From Azolla caroliniana (taxonomy: Eukaryota; Plantae; Polypodiophyta), in assembly GCA_043228905.1 (NCBI GenBank), contig JBHGNT010000009.1:14818001-14882000 (forward strand): DNA of 64,000 bases, in the 5' to 3' direction. Both the position numbers and the translations under genes were made by a program. Of the stretch, positions 46,040 through 61,205 are shown one piece after another (within the stretch, counting starts at the first letter, position 1; every line of letters begins with the position of its first letter). The notes beneath the pieces were generated by a model, which saw only the letters and a list, made by a program, of their open reading frames with translations, searched no databases and was not told where the DNA came from.

Positions 46040-49000
46040 ATGAAGATCTCTGTCAAAACCCTTAAAGGAAATCAGTTCGACCTCCATGTCCTCCTCAGCG
46101 ACAAGGTATGTCCATTTTTCTTCCCCTTCGCTACTGTTGCTTGACAGTTAGGGTTTGTTTCACTCTGCCGCGTTATAAGACCGAAACGTTTAGTTCGACA
46201 ACCGTTCATGTTGAGCTATATGCTTCTTCTTTTTTGCCTGTCAGGATTAGTTGTAATCTTGCTGCGCCGATGGCTTAATTCTGATGCTTCAATATGTCCC
46301 AACTTACAGTGTACATTTTGAATTGAAAAGACGATGTAGCAAGCTACCATAGCTAGAGTATCGACATTTATGAGCGATTCTGTTAGAAAAGAGCTCTATG
46401 TATATTGTAGAACAATGGCTTGATCGTGTTGTGAGAATATGTGTTGGCTAAACATGGGGAATTTTGATTTGGAAAGGAGTATCTTAAGGGAAAACGTGCT
46501 GATGGCCCTCCAGTATATGTTTTGACATTAAAATGATTATGTCAAGGGAAAAGGGGCTGATGCCCCTGGAGAGTCTATGTATACCAACCAATACGATATG
46601 CCTAAAAAACACTACTGTTTTGTGATGATAACTTGCAGTATGTATTTCGAATGTAAATGAGATAGCAAGTTATTCTATAGAAACATTTGTGATATTTTTG
46701 AATGATAATGACGATGCTGGAGTCCACTTAACCTGTACAACAGTGTTCATGGGTATCTCGACAATGTCTGTGCTGAATGGAAAAGTAAGCTTCAAACAGA
46801 AAAAAGTGCCTAATCACCCCAAAATCCTGTAGCCCCTCTTTCAAATGGAAGATTCAAGTACTTTGAAATTTGAAATTGAGCGTAACATTGAAACAGAAAA
46901 ACATGCCCAAACAGCCTGAGGGTTTTTTATGGATTGCATTGTGAGTTTAAGCAGTAATTGTGGACAATGAGAACTTACTTGAACCTAAGATACCAAACAC
47001 CACTCCCTGTTTTACTTGTTCAGGTTCTCTCTGTGAAGGAAAGAATCGAGGAAATTCAAGGCAGGGATGTGTGTCCTTGTTCTCAGCAGTTGCTTATTTA
47101 CAAAGGCAAAGTTCTAAAGGATGAGACTACCCTGGAGGAGAATAGTGTGGTAGAAAACAGCTTCCTTGTTGTTATGCTTACAAAGGTACACCATTTTTTT
47201 TATGTGCATTTCTATCAATGCACTACTTTTGGAGGGAGAACAGTGTAGCTGAAAATTATTATCAACTAATACGGTCTGTGACCTTAGATATCTTCTTGGT
47301 TATTTATTTATCCTGTTTCCTTTTCAGACGAAAGCAACAGCTTCTGCAATCCCCTCTGCTTCTGCAACTACACAGGTGCATTGAAACCTTCTTATAATTT
47401 TGAAGGCATAATGGATGCTATGAAAAATGAGTGTAACTTTGTTTTTATCTGTTGGAACATGTCTATAATCTTTTAAAGGCATGATATATGCTATTAAAAC
47501 TGAAGTGTATCTTTCTTTGTTACACTTTTTCTGTAGGTTGCTTCGACAGCATTGCCATCAGCATCACCTGCACCTGTACCTGCACCTGCTCCTGCTCCTG
47601 CTCCTGCTGCCATGGCTGCTGCTTCAACCGAACCTCCTCTGCCGGCTCCACCGTAAGCTATCAAAGTTCACCATTGACTACATATTTGCTCAATCATTAG
47701 TTTTGTAGCTTTCTGAATTATCTGGCAAATTTTAACCAATTTTTTATGAGACAGATCACCTCCTGTAGCAAGTGCTAATGTGGCACCCACAGAGTGAGTT
47801 TAAATATCCACTTGATTGATACTCCAACTTAGTTATGCTGTCTTCTGATGGAATTAGGCAAGATTGGATCATTATGTTATCATTTAAGGAGCCTCACTTC
47901 CAAAGACTTACCTTTTAGGCTCGAAAACGTGTATGGTCAAGCCGCCTCTGCCCTCGTTGCTGGGTCAAACCTTGAACAAACGATTGAATGGATCATGGAC
48001 ATGGGCGGAGGGAACTGGGATCGGGAAACTGTTATCCGGGCTTTACGTGCTGCTTTTAATAATCCTGAAAGAGCTGTAGAATATCTTTATAACGTATGGG
48101 TTCTACCATAAGATTCTATTGTCAAAGGCTAACACTTTATGATAAAGTCTTATTGTTAAAAGATTAAAATGGCCCAGAAATATAAGTTTATAAACTTCTC
48201 TATTGATCCAGGGTATACCAAACATGCCTGAGGTTCCTCCTCCTGTTGCGCCACCCTCTACAGGCATTGCACCATCCACTGCAGTTCCATCAACGATTCC
48301 AGCTCAGCCTGCTCTTGGTGGAGGACCTAATGCAGCGCCACTGAACCTATTTCCTCAGGTAATTGCTTGTCTTGGGAAATATTTCTTCATGGTTTTACTA
48401 GTCATATAGACTCCAGAAATTATGTACCTAAATTCTACATTTATTTTTTGTTTCAGGGTATGCCTGGATTCAGTCCATCAGGACCGGGTGCTCTAGACTT
48501 CTTAAGGAATAACCCACAGGTTGGACTTGTGTTGGAATTGGTGTTGACTTGAATTTCTAATAAACAGAGATAGAAAACCGGTTCGGTTTTGTTAACAAAT
48601 TTAATTGCATTCATATTTGTATTTTTTCCCACTTTCTAGGATTTAATGGGCTGCAATGTAAGAAAGGGACCAAATTACAGTTCTATGAACTTGAAAATTT
48701 TCCATACTTAAAGCTTCTCACAAGGGATGGGAAGTAGCTGAAATATGACATGCTACTTTTTGCTTTACTTGCATTAATCAACATGTTTTGCACTAGAAAG
48801 AGATAGTAGCTGACATACTAGTTGGTGGCTGTCATGTGTTGGTGAATATTTTGTACTTCCTAGTTTTAATTTTCTCACTCCTTAAGACCATACAGAAAAC
48901 CAGAAACTAAATGTAGATCTCTTAATTTGGACTAGTATCTTGGATTAAGATTTTACTGCCACCATGAGTGATATATAGAAGGATGGCAATACGTACAGGA

Positions 49001-49836
49001 ATGCTCTGTTTTCAGATGATTATATATTGTTGACAATATGTACAGGAATGCTCTGTTTCCAGATGGCCTTAAGTGTTCAAACTAACTCCTTCAAGAAATG
49101 GTTATAGTATTGTGCTGGTTAACTAAGTGCTTTACTAATCTGTTCTCTTGCTTCATTTTGTTGGTGTGATGTTTTTTCAATCTCTGAAAATTGGGTAATT
49201 AACTGGTTCATATGTGGCAGTTTCAAGCCATAAGAAGTATGGTACAAGCAAATCCTCAGATTTTGCAGGTTTTCTCATTCTCCGCAGATGGAATGGCTTT
49301 GTTTCATCGTAATTAATGGTACTAAATTCATGTTTGTTTATGTATTTTTATAGCCAATGCTATTAGAACTTGGAAAGCAAAACCCTCAATTACTACGTCT
49401 GATCAGTGACAACCAGCCAGAGTTTCTCCGGCTGATAAATGAACCTGGTGCAGAGGGAGGAGAAGGGTAGAATAAGGAACTCTCATTTACCATTCATGCT
49501 TACAATTATGTGCATGACTACATGATTGATATATGCAGGGGTATGCTTGGGCAAATGGCAGAAGCAATGCCTCAGGCAATAAACGTAACACCTGAAGAAA
49601 GAGAAGCCATAGCAAGGGTAATCATTTAAAGTTATTGTATTTATTATTGAATTTAATTACACGTTTTCTTCCTGTCGGCTATTAGTTTTCACTTATTAAC
49701 ATCTGTTTGTCAAATGCAGCTTGAAGCTTTGGGATTTGACAGAGCGCGCGTTATAGAAGCCTTCTTGGCATGTGATAGAAACGAGCTTCTTGCTGCGAAC
49801 TATCTTTTGGAGGATCCTGGTGAGAATGAAGAGTAA
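46040..49836 (+). CDS. RAD23: Ubiquitin receptor RAD23 (UBL-UBA-XPCB/STI1-UBA), 390 aa; exons 46040-46105, 47024-47185, 47328-47375, 47537-47652, 47755-47793, 47919-48093, 48212-48358, 48457-48519, 49221-49268, 49354-49466, 49539-49617, 49720-49836
   Basis: [10 protein letters not shown]..., [80 protein letters not shown]; all introns GT-AG; 1173 nt in frame. Confidence 0.95.
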
Positions 49837-52800
49837 AATCAGAAAGCTAGAAGTGTCTGGTATTATGGTTAATATGTTTTTACAAGGACCTTGAAGGGAT
49901 GGCAACAAAGGAGTGGTCCATACATATTTACTTGGCCATACCTTAAAATTTATCAAAGCTTGGTTAGGGGATTGATAACAATATGCTTTTCATTACAATG
50001 ACTAAGAAGACAGGTCAGCCAATGTGTCTTTTCTCTTGTATTATTCCAACGGGGTTTGTAGGAGGTTGGAATCTTCGTGATTTTCATGAAGGATTCCTAT
50101 CATTAGCTGAATTGTCAGTCATGTCACTGTAATCCCATTAATCAAACTTCTTCCCACTTGGTAACTGCTTGATTTTTGGTGTAAATTAAGATGTTGATTT
50201 CATTGTAATTGCATTCATTGATCAAACTTCTCCCTCAGTTGTTTCGGCATATGGTTGATTTCAGGATGATTAATCTAATGGTATAATATAAATAGAGATG
50301 TTTGACATCATTGAGTTGGTAAAGTTGTGTCTCAATTAAGAAAGCTTCTTTGTTTATTTAGTGATTTGCACTTAACAGTAAATACAACCATTGATCATAA
50401 TCATTGAATCCATGAAGATTAATCATGTTAGGGGATCCAACTGAACCTTTCGTGCTTAACTGTTTATATATATTCAAACTCAATTAGTTCAATGTAATGA
50501 TATATAATTGAACATAAAGAAATTTAGCATCATTGTGACGTGAAAGTAGAGACATGAAAAGCAGAACGGTGGCTCCCTTAAGGCCAGGTTTACTGAATCT
50601 GATCTAGATTGTTTACATGGAACAAATAAATAGTTACAGAGCTCGTGTTAGATTCTAACCTAGTTGCAAAGCTTTTTAATTGAAATGAAAACACATGGCT
50701 GAGGTTAAAAGTTATGATTGTATTTTAATTAGGAGAACTGCGGGTTTTTTTCATTTGGATTATGAGTTTCCATGTTGCCATAAATTGTGGAACATAGGAG
50801 CTCATTATTCTAGATTGGTTATTTGCAATCAGTTGCTAATCATAGGGGTGATGTTAAAATAGCATCTAGATTTTGTCGAGGGCACAATTGTGGATGGAAT
50901 AGTAATATTTAAAGATTATGCAGTTAAACAAATCAAACAATATTTTAATTTCTTTATAAATCACTAGCACATTTCATCGAGAACAGTTAGGAGAATCATT
51001 GTGGTCCAAACTATATTTTTGAAGACAAGCAACATCAAATTAACCAGCAAGCAACAAATCAAAAACAAGGAATGGTTGCAACATCAACTCAACCTGTATA
51101 AGCTACAAACAAATCAAGTATGGAATGGTCGCCCCCTTTCAAGAACAAGAACTCTTGTACTGAGCATCCACCTTCCAAAAATGTGCATGCCATGGCCATG
51201 CTGAGTGTGCATGAAAGCACTAAAAAACATGGGTCGAGATCTTTCATCATCTAGCATCAAATTACAAATAGATTTTATGATAAACATAATGTGAAACTCA
51301 ATCATTAAAACTTTCTATATAAGCATAATATCAGACCCATTCTTTGAGTTTCTAACCCAGAACCTTAATGTTGGAAAGGAGATCTCTATTGTATCTCGTC
51401 CATTTTTAGAAGTTACAAGAAAATAGTAGATAAAGAGACTTCACTACATGAAGTAGATTCGTGCTAATACACTAAGGACACCTTGCCTTGCTGACTACTA
51501 TAACACTACCAAGATGGATCAGTATTTGACACAGTTGTTTACATCTACACTTCAGCATATGTGCTGAGCATAGCCTTACAGCTGAAGAGTAGACATGTCT
51601 CGGGAGGAGATGCACCATTTTTTACAATTCAGTGAAGAAGTGGATTCAGCAAAGCTTGACACAATCAATACACATAGGTTGGTTTTCAAATTTTCTGTTC
51701 AATTGTTAGGGTATTTGGACACCTCTTGTGTGATATAGGATGCCTGAAATATAGGCTTGCTGATGCACTCAGAATGTACTTCGTAGAATTTATTCATTTT
51801 CTATCCACCAACTATCCCTGTATCATTGTGCTTTTAATCTGAACCTAATTACATCAGGAAATGACGCAGTATGTATATTTCATTATTGCTGTTATTTTAC
51901 TCTCCCATCCTATAATATTCCCACATGTAATTTTTGGTGTCATAGTTTACTGTAGCCTTTCAATTGCATTCATGTAGCATTTGATTTTCTTTTTTACTCA
52001 AGCTTCAACAGGTTAGGCATAGGCACTTCACACTCTCACCTATTCTCTTATTATTTAGCTTGATTGTCAGTGAGTCCAATGTTTCAGGAAAGCCATCTAT
52101 TAAATATACTATATAAGTGAGCCCTTAAACAAAGTCCAAGAGTCACAGTAGTCCATATGATATAAAGAACAGATGTAAACCACAATAGAGATTAGCATAT
52201 AGTAGATGCAAGTATCATCTGCTAGAACGTATGCTGCCTATGCACAATGTGTGTCCAGGCCAAAGTCATTTCCTTTGGGTTTTAGTTTTGGTCACTTACT
52301 CTCCCAAGCCCTATAGAATATTCAATAGAGTGACCCGGGGTTTTTATTTAACGTGCTCATTTACATAAAGTATCTAATAGAGGACTTCATGCAAATTTTC
52401 GATTATTTAAAGCCATAGGTCAAGTTCAAATTGCTGCTTAATACAGAAGGCACAACTACCTATAGTTGGCGAACAAGTCATTTGATCATGCGTCGTACAT
52501 TAATTGACTTAGCAAACATTCAGAGTGAATTTGGAAATTTTACAAAGAGTCCTCTATTATTACCAGTGCACTCCGACACCAATGAAGCACTAAACTATGG
52601 TTAGTAAGTAGTATGCACCTCGAAAGAGCCAGGACTTTTAGCAATTTCTACCATGCTATATTTTTTTTCCAATACTATTGTACAAGATGGCTAGCTTCTA
52701 ATAATCCATTTCTGCTCAAATCATGAAAAATCACGCATCTTCAGATCAGAATTCATATGCAGTGCTTCACAAAAATGAGAAGCAACTAGAAAAAGAGAGT

Positions 52801-52889
52801 GTATCCCTCTCATATGGCTAGCTAAAACCTTTGACAGATTCCACCAAAAAAGGTTAAGATAAAAGCTACTTTATTTGTCGATGTACATC

Positions 52890-55800
52890 TTATAGTGACC
52901 CCTGAATGGGAGATGAAATGCTTGATGAACCCTTTCGGAGCTGTTGTAAAGCAGACTGTAGAGTTGTCTGAATAGTCTCTGCCACAACACGTAGCCTGCC
53001 TTGATCCATGGCATTTGAACTGCCTACCATATCTACTGCTTTAGCAACCTTTTCCTTGCACTTTTCCCAGTCTTCAACTCGGGACCAACAAGCTCGACCA
53101 CCATGACTACCTTCCATGTCTACGAGTGAGATAGAGTTGCCATCACCAAAAGTATATCTTAGCCTAACTGCAACACATTGCGGGAGCCATCCCGCACCAC
53201 CAGCCACATTCATATGTGGAACATGGATAGGATCAAAGATGACTGTTAATGTGAAATCTACTGTACTCCGGGAGAGATCATAATCAATATTACTCTTGGG
53301 GGAGGTGTTGCTTCCTGACGTATTCACGTTATTGCTCTCTTCATATGCATTTGAATCTTGACTGAGTGGTGTTCGCTTCTCAAGGCAGAGCTCAACCTTG
53401 GGACGAGGTATTTGACTTGGATCTGTACCTTGCAAATGCTGTGATGCTCTGGCAGCATCTTTCTTCCAAGCTATTAAGTTGATGAACTCACGCAAAACTG
53501 GCACAGGAAGTGTGAGCATTGTCACAAAAGATGCCAACCGTGATGCATCATATGGCTCAAATGCAGCCCGTCTTGCAAAGAAGTCACCAATTTCTTGCAT
53601 CTCAGGAAGACTGAGTTCATTCTCTGATCCAGATGTCACTGATTGTTGTGATTGTGGTTGCTGTGACTGTGTTTGTTGCTGATGTGCAGATTGAGGTTGA
53701 ATTTGAGGAGGTTGATGATACCGCTTTACATTAATGGCTTGAAGTAGAAGCTGTTGGCGGTGCACACTCACAGCGAAAACACAGTTCCTGCAATAAAAGA
53801 GAAATAGAGTGAAAGGGTGTCCAGTCTTGGTGTAAAAATGTGTATCTATTTAACGAAGATTCAAGTATTTGGTTTTTGACAATGGGGTAATTCCCAAAAA
53901 GTGCACAATGTATTTTAGAGAAGATGTGAACACCAAATGTCTTGACAGATTGGTAAATCTCTAAGCATCCTTGGACTATCCAATGTGAATTCAATCACAG
54001 ATATGAATGTGCATGTGTGCATACAGTTCTTTTTTTATTACTTCGGAGCTTGTTCATTTTAGAGAAGATGTGAAGATAAAATGTATTGAAACAGATTGGT
54101 AAACCTCCAAGCATCCTTGGACTATCCAATGTGAATTCAATCACAGATATGAATGTGCATGTGTGCATACAGTTCATTTTCTTTACTTCGGAGCTTGTTC
54201 AATTAAATAAGCTTCATATAAATTTGACAGCATGCAAATATTAAATGAATTTATTTGAATCTACACTCATATATGCTAGCATTCATAACTCTACTGGTAA
54301 AGATGTAAAATGAGAGCAGATATACTTTGTAACAGCACTTTTGAATTTGTTTATGCTCGCTAATGATCATGACATAACTACTTGGACAAAATACAAAACT
54401 AGTATGTTTATGCATAACAGAGTAAAGAGAATTTACTGGATATAAAATCGAAGAGATGGAGTATCAGGATCATGGTGCAAAAGAGCTCCTTCATTCTCCT
54501 TCAAATGGGAGGCTAAGACTTCCTTGATGATACCAGGAAATTGGGCAAACAGCCAAACTACTCCCAGGTATCTCAAAGTTCCTTTGAGCACTTTCTTAAG
54601 ACAACCTAAACCCAAGGGAACCCACACCCCCCCATAACCACCATCATCAGAAAATCCATATCCAGCAGCATTCGGCTCTCTCTGTGATGGATGGAAAACC
54701 ATGCTCATTCCAGGAATGACTCTTCCAGTGGCCATGTTACTTGAAGCCAAACTTTGTGGAGTTCCAACTCGAACTGCCGGGGTAGTCTGAGTCACATTGG
54801 CTAGTCCAGTACGTGTGGTATTGGGTAGACCTGCATTGGCCCTGCTTGAAATCCCACTAGCACCTTGCGCCAGATTTTGTGAAGCATTACTCCCCATTGC
54901 AGATGACCCTGCATGACTTGATTGTCCAGACACTGCACCAGAGATGGATGTGGAATCCACATTACCATAGCCAGTAGTAATCTGCTCCATAACAAATGGA
55001 CGGAACTGAGGACATGGGAGAGAGCCTTTAATCCCAGATCCAAACCCTCGTGGCGGTGGTGCTGGCTGCAGCCAGACCTGGTCACCAGAAAAGCACCGCA
55101 TATCCACCGCAAACTGCCTGCGATAAATAATTCGAATCCAGAAGGGAGATCGCAGCACAACTGAGACATCAGTTGGTAGAAGAGAGCTTGGAACTAGACC
55201 TGTACCTCTACCTGGCCCTGACACAACAGCTCCATTTTGTGGGCTCTGAATATTTGAGCCCCCAGTTGCTAAGCTATTGTTGGTTGTATGAAGTGCTGAC
55301 GGCAAAAGTCTTCCCTGGCTAGTTGGTGACATGACTGATGAGTTGGTGGGTGAGAGAACATGCCCAACAGTAGTAGTTTTAGAGGCTCCAATAGCACCTA
55401 CGTTCGGAAAAGATGCTGCAGAAGGAGGAGCAACAGGCATACGAGCAGGGCGGATAGCGCCAGCAAGTGCATGCAATGGTCCAACAGTTACCCGGATGCA
55501 ATCAAGAAGTAATTCAACCTCCTGTCCATTGATGAAGTCCTCCAGATACTGCATGCATGATGTCAACACAAGATAGGGGTTACATAAGCAATGTTTCCAA
55601 ATTTGCAATAGGCAAAGCTTTCAACACTGGGAAAATATATCAGCAATTGAAAGAGAAACCTTTGTATGGGGCCACAATTGATCCGGTGATACATGCATTG
55701 TGCAACCCCTTTTTCCTTTTCCCCACTCCACTACAAAACGTGCAATAACTGATCCAACGTATGTGAACCAAACACTTGTAAGACCTACGGCTTCAATTCG

Positions 55801-58800
55801 AAATGCTCTCCTTACAGAACCATCCCATGTCCTTTCCACTTCAACTCCGGCAAGAAATCCTTTCTGTAGTGATTGATGTGACTTCACAAACCTGTCTTGA
55901 CCAATCTCTCCTCTCTCATCTGCTTTATTTTCCAAAAGGTGCTTCATTCCCAGAGCAAATGTGCGTGCATTCCATAGACATTCTAGATCTGTCAACATGT
56001 TTTTGATGCTGTTATCTTCCACGGAGTCATAGTACAGTACAACTCCGTCATTACAACACTGGATATGAGAGTCAGCCTCTGAGGTTATAATTTGAGCTGA
56101 ATTTTTTTGTTTTTCAAGTTCATAAAGATCCCTCATATAATCATCCCGTATCTTTACGCTCCATTCATCACAACCAGGTTTACCGAGGCATAGCCATGCA
56201 TGCTCCCATCCACTGTATATATTAACACCAGGCACTGATCCAACTTTTGATGGATGTAACCGAAACCAGATGTTTGTAGAAGGTTTATGTAAGCCAACTT
56301 CCTCAATAAAGGGGATGTTAAGTGCGCTCATTTGACTGGCAAGGCGAGCCTGCTTGATACATACAGAGCATCTCCTGATCGCTCGCAAGAGGAAAGATGT
56401 ATATGCAGATAAAGGTGCCTTTCCTTCATTAGCTCTTGCTATTATCACAGAATACGGCTGCCCAACAGAAAAAGCACCACTATCGGGCATGCGATAAACT
56501 GCTGAACCAATGGATTGTGAAAATGTTTCAGCTACGATCTTCCTCCTCTTAACAGATTGAGTCAGTGTCAATCCTTGAAGAGAAGGCAATACAAGTACAG
56601 AATCAGCTGTTTTCCGTTTGTATTTAGATGATTCAGATATTTGACTAATTGAAACGTCTCTGTCCTTAATGCCAATTCCTGGCATTTTATTGCTAGGTGA
56701 TGCAAGAAGCCTAATATCCATATCCCCCTCCAATCCTATGGGTAAGCCATCCCTTCCACGTTGAGCAAGTTGGGAATTTTCATCCAGAAAACAGAAATCC
56801 ATCTCATCATCAGTTACAAAGAAAGAATCAGCAGTAATAGTTATGTAGCGAAGTATATGAACTGGCCCATTAGTTATTGAGCCTTCTTGTGGTTGGCCTT
56901 CAACAAGCATGAGAGTGGGTATGAAATTGTTGTCAAGTTGAAGAGTCAAAAAGAATGTTTGCCCACAGCTAGGAAACCCCATGACTAGAGAGTCTGCACC
57001 AAGTTTTGGTCCTTCCACCAATTTTTTGAATTTCAGTACACCTTTTTCATTCACCTACAACATAGGCAAAAACAACAGAAAAGGTTTAAGAAACAGAAAA
57101 TCATCACTTACAGCATAAAAGTCATCATGGCTTAGGGAATTCTTCATACTTAATTCATGCAGTGTCTCTCTTTATACACATGTGTAATGGTGCCTTAGAG
57201 ATGATGGCGATATAATCAATTCACACAGGAGCAAACATGACCCACTACAGAGTGGTAAAAAGAAACTACCATTTCCATAATTCTACAATTGACAAACAAG
57301 CAGTCAAAAGATTATATAAACTCAGAAATTAGCATTTACAAAATAGCAATGCTCAGCCTTCATTGAAACAAAAAATCTTCAATTATTTAAGCAGTGGGGA
57401 ATATCCATACATATATTCAATTATTCCCAGGAGAGAACAAAGTAACAGGGGCAAGGCAAAAAGAAAGGTAATATCACCTATCAGATCTCACAATACTACA
57501 TAATAACTATAAACAAATTTGTACTCTCTTATACTTCCAGTTACATCCATCTTACTGCTGAGCATATGCAACAAGTGTACTTGTCTTTCGACAATCTGAA
57601 TGCAAGTGATAGTTTCCACCAATTACATTTTCATATAGTAGCAGTATAGATGTAGAGACTGATTATAGCCCATTGATCCTTATGTTTGGCTATGAGCCCA
57701 AACCACCAATTGCCCCTAGACTAATTTGCATTAAGTTCCAGAGTGTAGCTGCTGTCCTATGAGATATGCAAGAGACATTGATGATCATTAAGGAAAGCAT
57801 AAGGATGTACACGATTGGGTTACCGTATATGAAGTATTTGATTAAGTGGAAGCATACCCTTCAGATGGAGGCTATCTGATCAACTCTTGGTCTGTGTCCT
57901 AAAGCCCAGCCGCATACTAATGTGTCTATGTCTCTCCTAACAATTCCTCCAACAAGCAATTACATGTATTCTCATCACACAGGAGACTCAATCTTGCACG
58001 TCTTGGTACATCTCTTCAAATATTATACAAGCATCCCTTTCAAAAGCAAAAATGCTTTGTAACCAAAATAACTCCAAAGAGTTAAAACCAACACTTCAAA
58101 ATGAAACAGGAAAATCATCCCACAAAAAATTATAGGTGTTAACTATAGGCAATGAAGAAAAAAGAGAGCATAAGGTAAGTTTAAGTTAACTGGCACCAGA
58201 TGTGGGAAACATGAAACTTGGGTGTCTAAGGAGAGTGACGCAAACAAGGAAACATCAAAAAATGGCTGTATCCTGCATGTTTCCATGCTTTAGAGATATG
58301 CAAAATATCATAGACACGTAGAAATAGAGATGCCAGACATCATAGACGTAGAAACAGCAACATAATGTTGCTTCTGAGGATATCATCATTTCCTGATGTG
58401 GGAAACATCAGGAAACATGAAACTTGGGTGTCTAAGGAGAGAGACGCAAACAAGGAAACATCAAAAAATGGCTGTATCCTGCATGTTTCCATGCTTTAGA
58501 GGTATGCAAAATATCATAGACACGTGTAGAAATAGAGATGCCAGACATCATAGACATAGAAACAGCAACATAATGTTGCTTCTGAGGATATCATCATTTC
58601 CTGATATTATGATAACTTGTTCAATGATTTGATTTCATTGAAAACTAATGTGTAGAAAGATAGACAATTACCTTGAGGTTCAAAGTAGTTCCGATGGATG
58701 CATACAGTTGCAGAAGGCTCTTATTACGAAGAGATATGAATGCATCAAGTGGACTTAATAATCCCTGGCTCAATGCATCTTCAGTTTCAGCCAGAATAGT

Positions 58801-61031
58801 TGCTGGAAGTGATAGATTATGAGATCTCAGAATGAACTTTCCGTTCCTGGAACATTTCAAGAGCTGCATAATCAGATCAATACTCACAAATGCACTTAAG
58901 ACAGGATTTTTTACAAGAATGGTTAAAGAGGCATGGTGCGTCCCTAGTATGGCTCACTGTTATATACTTGTGTGAAAATCATTTCATATGTCCTAATGCA
59001 AGTCATTGTGTTACAAACACAAGCATACAAGTCATATCTTGAGAATACAAACGCTATTTTCACACATACTTGTTTGCAAGTCATATCTCGAGTCAACAAG
59101 TGCCTTTTTTTGTATGAAAACGCTAAAAAGCAAATTCGTCTCTGTTATTTTCTGATGGAATATTTGGTGAAGGTGCCCTCATCTAAAACTAAGGATGAGT
59201 TTCTTTGTGCTTGTCATAGCAGATAATGCATACAAAACATTTCAATTTTCACCTATTCCTAAACATTGCAGCAAATAGGAAGAAAAAGGGTTTGGACTCA
59301 CAATCAATGCTTGAAGTGGAGTATCTTCAACTATCAATCAACAATTCATGTTCAAGTACAAGAGATAAATAAAGAAAACATTGTCATGAATTCAATAATA
59401 AAAGGTATGAATGCATAGATTCTTGTTTAGAGAACTTGGTTCTAGACAACTCCAAATGCACATGGATCCAACTTTTATCATTATCGAGAAAAGGAATTGC
59501 ACATTTCACATAATGGAGAGCATGAACACAAAGTATTTTATGATTAATAAATAAAAATACCTGATGTTAATAGCAAGAGCCAAGTAGCACTGTGCATATG
59601 CTCGGACACTGAGCACCTCCTCCCCAACCTCGCCGACATCTATAATATTATCCTGATAATAATAGAAGCCTATCACTTCAGGACTCAGTACATCTCAACA
59701 CACCTAATGTTTTCGTAAATTCTGATTGTTTATAACAATGCACAGTGAGTGAAAATATAATCTCTATTCAACACGAACACCAGGAACCATTGCAAACATT
59801 TCAATCAAATTTGCATTAGCATTCTCTCTACTACATGTTCCAACTTCATGCCACAGATATAGTAAGAAAAAATTAGATGTATTATGCTCAACGTGAAATA
59901 TTTTGAAAAAGCTTCCCAGGGAGCAATGGTGGAAACAAGGTTTACCTGATTCAGAAATGACTCCATTGATGCTTCTTTGGTTTTTAGTGTATGTAAAATC
60001 ACATCAGAATCTGTTCTGCAGAGTTGAGAAGAATTTCTCAGACTTCTATAAACCTCCAAGAGCCGAGTATGTACACTGCATAAAATAGTTCTCAATAACA
60101 GACTTTCCACATCAATAGAAGTCAAATTGATGTGAAACTGTGCATCATAGTCATTGTCAAAATCCAGGATTTGTGGCACATGAGAGCAAGATATATGATG
60201 ATCGGAACCTTGTTCAATTCTCAGGAAAGGAGGGTCTACACCTTTTAAAACATCTAGCCAATACACAATCTTCAAACCTGGAGAAAAATGAGATCTTCCA
60301 CTGCCTATATCTGCCTCTGTCTCAACTGTCATCCCCAGTCCTGTAGTGGTAGGCTGAGCTGAAATACCAGATGAGCTTTCTTGAATAATTTCAATACGAA
60401 TCGCATCCTTCCATCGCCCTTTTTGCAGAGCATGGACCTGTCTGATAATAGTATCCATAACCCAAGCAGTGCAAAATTCATGCAGAACAGAATAAAGAAT
60501 CTGTAATGGATCTTCCAGATAGGCCATCCGACGTTCTAAATCATCCTTCATGCTTGCTTCTTGAAAATTAGTAAGCTTAAGTTTGCCACTGCTCTCCCCT
60601 ACAAGAATCTTTAAATGCAATACTCTCCATAGTGATGGATTTCCTCTGTACCCAAGGGTAAGCTGAGCCTCAAATTCCTCATTAACAAGAAGCGTGACCA
60701 TCCCATTTGCAACCTTTACAGAGTTTATTTCTCTTGGCAGTGGCACATCAAGCAATCGTGAACGGAGCATGGTGTCAAGTTTTTGCAATGTTGACTCCTC
60801 CTCATCACCAGATAATAGTGGCTGTAAACCCAAATCTTCAATACATTTGGGTAAACGTTTGTAGTTGCCAGTCAGCAACACTTCAACTGCTGAGGGAATA
60901 TCATACATTGGTGCACGAGCTTGCTGTAGTCCCTCATGCAAAAAGAAAAGTGAGTCTGCTGCTTGCACAAAACTGGTATCATGATTAGAAAGTGTGCCCA
61001 CAAGCTGCTGGCAACTCTCCACCAAGGGAAT
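52890..61031 (-). CDS. MED14: Mediator subunit 14, 5'-partial; exons 61031-59946, 59652-59561, 58846-58672, 57054-55660, 55548-54437, 53787-52890; first exon lies beyond the window
   Basis: HDTSFVQAADSLFFLHEGLQQARAPMYDIPSAVEVLLTG, LTLGYRG, HVSPDQLWPHTK, FAVDMRCFSGDQVWLQPA, GSLPCPQFRPF, EGSHGGRACW; GT-AG junctions keep the frame. Confidence 0.93.
53913..54200. repeat. Tandem duplication (~143 bp x 2) in the last MED14 intron
   Basis: TTTTAGAGAAGATGTGAA...CTTCGGAGCTTGTTCA occurs twice. Confidence 0.88.
58199..58605. repeat. Tandem duplication (~200 bp x 2) in a MED14 intron
   Basis: GATGTGGGAAACAT...GGATATCATCATTTCCTGAT occurs twice at high identity. Confidence 0.9.
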
Positions 61032-61157
61032 CTGCAAAAAGCATTAGTTTCAAACACACTTTAAAATAACTAAAGCAAGAATGTTCAATATAAGAGACAT
61101 ATGTGTGTACATGAGAATCTCCAAAAAACTGAGTTTAAAACAGAATGTAAAACAAAT

Positions 61158-61205
<48 letters not shown>

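Noticed and set aside
45533-46056. Minus-strand ORFs upstream of RAD23
   Set aside because: Low-complexity translations of CATA, GAGT, GAAT and CT microsatellites.
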